Assembly (NCBI RefSeq): GCF_001194135.2
Contig: NC_069003.1
Coordinates: forward strand, 36,316,225-36,380,224
Length of the DNA stretch: 64,000 nt
DNA from: Octopus bimaculoides
Taxonomy: Eukaryota
Direction of reading: 5' to 3'
Every line of letters starts with the position of its first letter. Position 1 is the first letter of the stretch. The notes beneath the pieces are model-generated. The model did not search any database and was not told the DNA's origin. It saw only the letters and a list, made by a program, of their open reading frames with translations. The position numbers were made by a program, and so were the translations under genes. Of the stretch, positions 58,182 through 64,000 are shown one piece after another.

Positions 58182-58615
58182 GTTTGTAACCAGTTTTTGC
58201 TCTTCTAATCTATTCTGTGAATTTACGACCCTCTTCTTCATCCATCTCTTTTCTCATTAACAACAACATAGCCTTAGATCCTGATGAAGGCCTCTTATCT
58301 TGATGCTCTCAGTTAGGACGATGGCTCTTTCCTGAATTATCTAGGATGACTGATTTTAGGGAGTGCACCATTTCAGATATTTCAAAGCCATGTCTCCAAA
58401 AACCTCCTTCAAGTAAGATGGCAAGATGCTTAGTCTTGTGGGAACTGGTGAAGCAGTGGTGACCTAGCATATAACCAACAGTTGTATTGGTTAGCAAACA
58501 TAATTTTCAACTTTTGAAAAAGATTTATTTTTCAGTTCCATGTCTTGATTGATGATTTTTATATCTTGATAACATTTCAATATTGGTGATATATTGTTTT
58601 TGTTTTGATAATTAG

Positions 58616-58767
58616 AGGCAATTGTACTTGTTCAAGAATCCAAACGATCTGATATAAAAAGAAAACTCGAATTTTATGAATTCATCATAAAGCTTGACTT
58701 TGTCAGCGTTCCTGATGACAGCAGTGGAACGGCCGATGCCTTGAGACTAATTCGGAATAAAGTGAAG
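58616..58767 (+). CDS. EIF2B3: eIF2B gamma exon (...DFVSVPDDSSGTADALRLIRNKVK)
   Basis: GTADxLR motif; phase 1-0; donor AAG|GTAAAT. Confidence 0.93.
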
Positions 58768-58897
58768 GTAAATCACATTTCATTCTTTCTCCTAAAAATA
58801 TTTTTAATGTCATTTTTAAATTTGACGCCTCAACCTAAAATGCTACTCTAATTTTCGTTTGTTGGACAGCTACTACTCGGTTTTGTTGTCTTTTCAG

Positions 58898-59063
58898 TAT
58901 GACTTATTGATCATCTCCTCTGACCTTATCACCACTTTGCCTCTCCACTATTTCACCAACCATTTCAAAGCCTATGATGCCTCCTTCTTGATGCTTCTTT
59001 CACCTCTGCCAGAGTCATTTAATGAGGCCCCAGTTCCTGGAGTGAAGGTTGACAAACAAAATG
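58898..59063 (+). CDS. EIF2B3: eIF2B gamma exon (YDLLIISSDLIT...PVPGVKVDKQN)
   Basis: D.L..S.DLIT motif; phase 0-1; donor G|GTCAGT. Confidence 0.93.
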
Positions 59064-59841
59064 GTCAGTGATTGTTTTGTATATTTCTTTTTTTTTTTTT
59101 CCTACTTTGAGTTGATGAGGATGGTTTTGTTTTTAAATTTGCAGAATCGCTGAAACAAATGAAATGCTTTGTAGTCTTAGAGTTTTGTTCCAAGTTCAAA
59201 TCTTACCTTTTTTTATCTTTTTACCATTGGCAAAAATCAATAAAACTAGCAGCATCGCATATTGGAATTGATTTCTTGGACGATTCTCTCTTTACTAATA
59301 TTTTGTGGTTTTATGCTGCTGCTAATAATGAGAATTTCTATCTTATTGCTGAAAACGGGATCATCATCATCATCATCCTAAGACACATTTGTGCCACCTT
59401 GCTGTCTCTGAATTCCCTGCTTACCATCCTTTTAATAATGATGATTGGAGTTGGATTAGTATTAAAACTGTTTTAAATGGTTGCTAGTAATATTTCTCTC
59501 TGAACAATTAACAGAAATATCCTATCAAAACTGGATTCATTATTGTACATTTTAATTAAAATGGATTAGCTTTTGAATAATTCTTGTTCAGCAGCATTTC
59601 AGTCCTGATCCCCAATTTTTTTTTCCAAGCAATGTATCGAGAATATTATCCAAATATTCTTTATTTCAAGATTATTTGAGGGAGATTTGGCTATGATTTC
59701 TGGCAGTTCATGTGACCATGCTGTCATTGGCTTCTGTCTAAGGATCTTCTTAAAAACTCTTTCTTTCCATAAATCTGACATTTTGAAGAAAAACAAATAA
59801 ATTTTATCAATTGTCTTTTCTATTTTCTCTCCTGTCTGCAG

Positions 59842-59947
59842 AAGGAGATGTGATTGGTCTGGATAAAGACTTGCAGCGACTGGTCTTCCACAGTAACGAA
59901 GCCGACCAAGGTGACTTCATAACGTTTAGTCACTCTTTCCTGACACA
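59842..59947 (+). CDS. EIF2B3: eIF2B gamma exon (EGDVIGLDKDLQRLVFHSNEADQGDFITFSHSFLT)
   Basis: D.IG.D...RL.F..NEAD motif; phase 1-2. Confidence 0.93.
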
Positions 59948-60464
59948 GTAAGTTCCAGTCATTTTATTTTTGGATCTTTTGTTTCAGCCACATTTAGATT
60001 GTGGCCATGCTGGGGCTCCACCTTGAAGGGTTTAGCATGGGTGAAATAGTTTTTATCAGAATGGTTTTTAATAACTGGCATCTCTGGTTATAGTGAGAGG
60101 AGTTGTGACTAGCTAAGACACCCGATTTCTGCTTAATACTGAAAATGCTAAGTGTCCAGCCGTCGACTACAAGATGTTTGACAAATGCTGAAGGTACTTC
60201 TTTATGGTCAATCAACTTGCTAGAAAAAGCAACCAAATCTCCGTATCACTTTTGCTGCTTTAAAAAAGACTATATTTGACTATACAGTACCTGGGTGGTC
60301 ACAGCTTGGGCACCTTTTGATCACGGGTCTATTTGACCAGGTTTAACCTAGAGCCAAGCATCTAATTTTGGATGGAATGTATTTTCCTCGCAAAGAAAAA
60401 TCCCTTTCTATCGTTTCACTTTCCAGAAATCTAGTTCTTTTTGTTTCTAATATTCCTTTTCCAG

Positions 60465-60554
60465 ATGTCCGTTTATATCGTTGCGAACCGACATGACTGA
60501 CTGCCATTTGTACATTATGAAGAAATGGATTTTTGAATTCCTTCTCGATAGACC
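60465..60554 (+). CDS. EIF2B3: eIF2B gamma exon (CPFISLRTDMTDCHLYIMKKWIFEFLLDR)
   Basis: D.HLY..KK motif; phase 2-2; donor CC|GTAAGT. Confidence 0.93.
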
Positions 60555-61959
60555 GTAAGTATTCTAGAAACCACACCTGTTTGTTCTGGATTGTTGTTGG
60601 AATAGATTTTGTGGTAATTAGAGGTGACTGATAAAAACACCTACAGGTAAACCACAAACCTCTCACTGCATTACACTCTTTGATTTGGTTTGCAATGAAG
60701 TTGTGGTGATCATTCTGTGACTGTACTGTTCTAAACTAGAGGTTTTAAAATAACCCCTTTTAAACCTGGCTACTTCATTGTAATCACTGGTAAAACTGTA
60801 AAGATCAAATTGTGTATTGATCATCTCTCTCTCACTCTCTCTCTCTCTCTCTCAATTTGTAAATTTCTTATTTGTGGGTGTTGGGTTGATTATAATTGTT
60901 TGATTTGAACTTTTGGTTGCCTAAGGACAGAGGGAAGGGTGCTGTTTTGCTCATGGCAGGGGGTGGCCAGATAAACAAACAATAAAGGTAGACAGATGAC
61001 TGACCTAATTGTTAATTGAACTGTAAATTCTAATGGAATTCAGGGGTTTAACAAACATCCCCCACCTATTTACTCACTTGTTTTGACATTTTTCTCATTC
61101 TTTCCCCTTTATTTCTCTCTGGTTGACTTTCTGTTGTTGATGGCTTGTCTATACTGAACTGGGATGGTCTTTATAAACCAGGGATTCTAATAAAAGAAAA
61201 AAAAGAGGTTTTGTGTGTATTTTTTCTGCAGCTGGATGCTCTTCATATCATAATCTCTCAACTGTGAAATAGAAAAGCTTTTTGTTCACACTTGAGCAAG
61301 CAAAATCCTCTCCTCCTCCTCCTGACAACACCAACATTGGTTATTAATAAAATGTAAATTTTATGACCAGGAGAATTTTATTGAACCAGATTAAGGATTA
61401 GACATATTTAAGGGTTTATTACTGTAGACTGAATATTTTATCAGAATTTAGTTTCATCATTATCTTGAACTCAAAACACTTGGATTGGGGACTTGGGTTT
61501 TAATTTAGGAGTATCTTGCTCATGATCACTCAGTGCTGCATAGTGCTGTGTGTTATGGAGCCCAGCCCTCAAAATCAGTAACAATTAGACTAAAGGGGAC
61601 CTGCTGGGACCTAACCCTGCTGTTACATACCCCCCCCCACACACACACTGTAACTATTAGCTTGATATTCTACCTCAGAACCCAGAAAGAGTAAAACTGC
61701 TAATGCACATGCACACACACATACACACACACAGCTTTACCCAGCATCAATTAGTTTTATGTTTGTAAAATGAATTTTTTATATTCTTTATTGGCACAAG
61801 TCTTAAAATGTATAAGTGGAGTATAAACTCTGTCATGAAATCCAAACAGGGTTTCAAACTTAAGAACCCGATTATTGCAAATGGTTTTGTGTTGAGACAT
61901 TCACCAGACGATCCTGATTGTTGTTGTAATTCTTCTTCTGTTTCCATTTGTTACTGCAG

Positions 61960-62069
61960 GAAGATCACAACCCTCAAAGGTGAACTGGTCCCTTACATTG
62001 TGAAAAAGCAGTTCTCTAAGAACAAGTCAAAGAAAGATGTCCCAAGTGAAGGATTGAGTAAGAAAAGAG
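61960..62069 (+). CDS. EIF2B3: eIF2B gamma exon (KITTLKGELVPYIVKKQFS...)
   Basis: I.SL/TL.GEL.PY.V.KQFS motif; phase 2-1. Confidence 0.93.
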
Positions 62070-62553
62070 GTAAAAAATAATTTTAAATGAATTTCAGTTA
62101 ATAATCCAAAAAAACTATAATCCCGTTAACATCTAGATACAAGCTGCTTTAAAAGTTTACATCTATACAACATTTTGATTGTTCAGTTCTCCAAACATCA
62201 TTTTTAAGTCTCTTTCCTGGACCTGTATTCAGCAGATAAAAACATTATTGGTTTTAAAATAAAATATTGTTTCAAATCCAATTCAGTTCTGTGTATGCAT
62301 CCAATAAAATAACTGAGAATCGGACCAAACTGATCTGAACTTTATGTAGGTGGAAATATTTAAGCTACAGATTTGTGAGACAGACTACTTAACTACAAGA
62401 TCATGGTTATAGTCATTCCTTGACTGTTGAAGAAGTCTGAATGTCTTTGGGCCAAGAATGGGAAGGAGAGATGGGATTTAAAAAGAAAAAAATGTCGAGA
62501 AGCAAAACGGGGGTTTATTTTTTCATCATTCTTTTGTGTTTATCCTTTTGCAG

Positions 62554-62726
62554 ACATTTACAGCTACATTCCAAAGAGTTTCCTCGCAGAAGCATATCAA
62601 CTGACGTTAAGCAATAAGGTATCCCCTACGTATCATGAAGAGATACACTGTTACGTGTACATCCAAGAGAAAGGGTTCTGTGTCCGAACCAACACCCTAG
62701 CAAACTATGCTGAAGCCAACCGACAG
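62554..62726 (+). CDS. EIF2B3: eIF2B gamma exon (...IHCYVYIQEKGFCVRTNTLANYAEANRQ)
   Basis: C..Y....C.R.NTL..Y.EANR motif; phase 1-0; donor CAG|GTAATT. Confidence 0.93.
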
Positions 62727-63297
62727 GTAATTTGTGCTGCTGTTTATCACTCTTTCGACGACATCCACTTAGTCATGCGTGCATGGGTCAGACAGGTTTT
62801 TGTGCTCAGATGCTTTCCCTTTTACCACCCTTCAAATGTTTCCAAGGAAAGTAATATTTTCCCAAGGCTAGACAGGTTTCCACAAAACATTTTGGCAATG
62901 ACTTACACCACTTCTTTGAAGGTGAGACTTGTTTACAACTGTTATGCTATGCCAAGTCAAGGAAACGCAAAAACATGTACACACACACACACACACACCG
63001 CGCATGCACCCACCGCACTGCACACACACCATACACCCTTTATTTCCCAAATCATCCTTTCGCAATGCTTTAGTTGACCTGAGGCTATATCAGAAGACAC
63101 TTGTCCAAGGGGCCAAGCAAGGGGACTGAACCTAAAACCCTTTGGTAGGGATGCCAACTTCTTAACCATACTGCCATACCATTTATGTATTCTCTTTATT
63201 TATGGTAATCCAAATACTGGGTCCTAAATAAATAACAGATTAACACTCGTTAATATTCTAGAATAATTATTTTTTTTTTGTATTCTGTATTTCTCAG

Positions 63298-63369
63298 ATC
63301 CTGAAACATTTCCCAGAATTGATGCCACCTGGAACCTTATCTAAGATTACAGCAGGCAAATCATCAAAG
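63298..63369 (+). CDS. EIF2B3: eIF2B gamma exon (ILKHFPELMPPGTLSKITAGKSSK); gene continues beyond the window
   Basis: Acceptor gtatttctcag, donor AAG|GTAAAA, 72 nt, phase 0-0. The C-terminal left-handed beta-helix domain is not in the window. Confidence 0.75.
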
Positions 63370-64000
63370 GTAAAAAGTCTGTTTTCTTTATCCTGGAAGT
63401 AGGTCTGGTTAAAAACTGCAGTTCTAACATGTTGGCATTTGAGAAAGAGATTTTCTCTGCAAAACTCTCAATAGGGTAGGGTGGGGGCTGAGAATTTTGT
63501 GCCTGAGATTGTCAATTGGAAGATGGCTGCTGGTTTGGTCCGACTAGCTGCAGCAACTTAAGATGGCTGGCCAAAGATGGTGGCCAGCTTCCAAGTAGTT
63601 TCTATTATTACTTGATCTTGGGATTATTGAACTAATATTCACTGTATTGACCCAAGACGTCTTGGCACCCTTTTTTTTTTTTTTTTTTTTTTTTTNNNNN
63701 NNNNNGAGGTTTGAAAAGGGGCAGGATAGATACGGTCCTGTAGAACTATTGTAGAAGCAGCAACTATGATCCTTTTTGTATTCATTTTTTTCCATCTTTT
63801 GTTCTGTATTGGCCCAAATCCAGGAGACCTGTCTGCAAAAATATTCCAGTTGTGATCATGGCTTTTTGTTTTTCATACAATGTCTCATTTTTTTAGTGTG
63901 ATTTAAGGTAGATTTAGCTAAATCTTCCAGTTTGTGTCTGGACTATGGCTGTGTATGGTGTTATGCTAATAAATATAGAAATGGAATAGTCAATTTTTTT

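Noticed and set aside
58278-58300. cctgatgaaggc, a hammerhead-like start
   Set aside because: No GAAA box, stem III or NUH site follows. Other CTGATGA hits lie in coding exons or lack the remaining core.
1-64000. CRISPR arrays, rRNA genes, bona fide tRNA genes, prokaryotic operons
   Set aside because: None seen. The tRNA-like A/B boxes belong to SINE heads and lack a complete cloverleaf.

Overview
AT-rich, microsatellite-dense eukaryotic genomic DNA with nine N-gaps. It is most likely an octopod cephalopod; this is inferred from the SINE/RTE repeat families and was not database-checked. Three intron-containing genes lie on the + strand. (1) REXO1 / Elongin-A-binding DEDDh exonuclease, 15 coding exons from 2002 to 43292. 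I reconstructed these by hand; all phases are compatible except the end of exon 4, which is lost in a gap, and the catalytic D-E-D-H-D residues are intact. (2) A SAMD15-like SAM-domain gene, 3 visible exons from 50094 to 53077, with its start in a gap. (3) EIF2B3, 8 coding exons from 58034 to 63369, continuing past the window. Introns carry two tRNA-headed SINE families, RTE LINE fragments and tails, a mariner fragment, a DINE-1/HINE-like element, an RLE-type retrotransposon remnant and a probable Penelope-like remnant. Best leads: (a) a motif-rich CpG promoter inside REXO1 intron 5, followed by a 446-nt AUG-free leader and a 61-codon in-phase alternative first exon with a PPxY motif and a Cys/His cluster, predicting a short exonuclease isoform that lacks the zinc finger and Elongin-A docking motifs; (b) an upstream exon that splices in frame onto EIF2B3 and adds a 31-aa N-terminal extension; (c) a minimal type-I hammerhead ribozyme motif at 7850-7903 on the minus strand; (d) strong inverted repeats next to REXO1 exons 4, 5 and 6, which are candidate ADAR or circRNA substrates. 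All isoform and activity claims are predictions from sequence alone.
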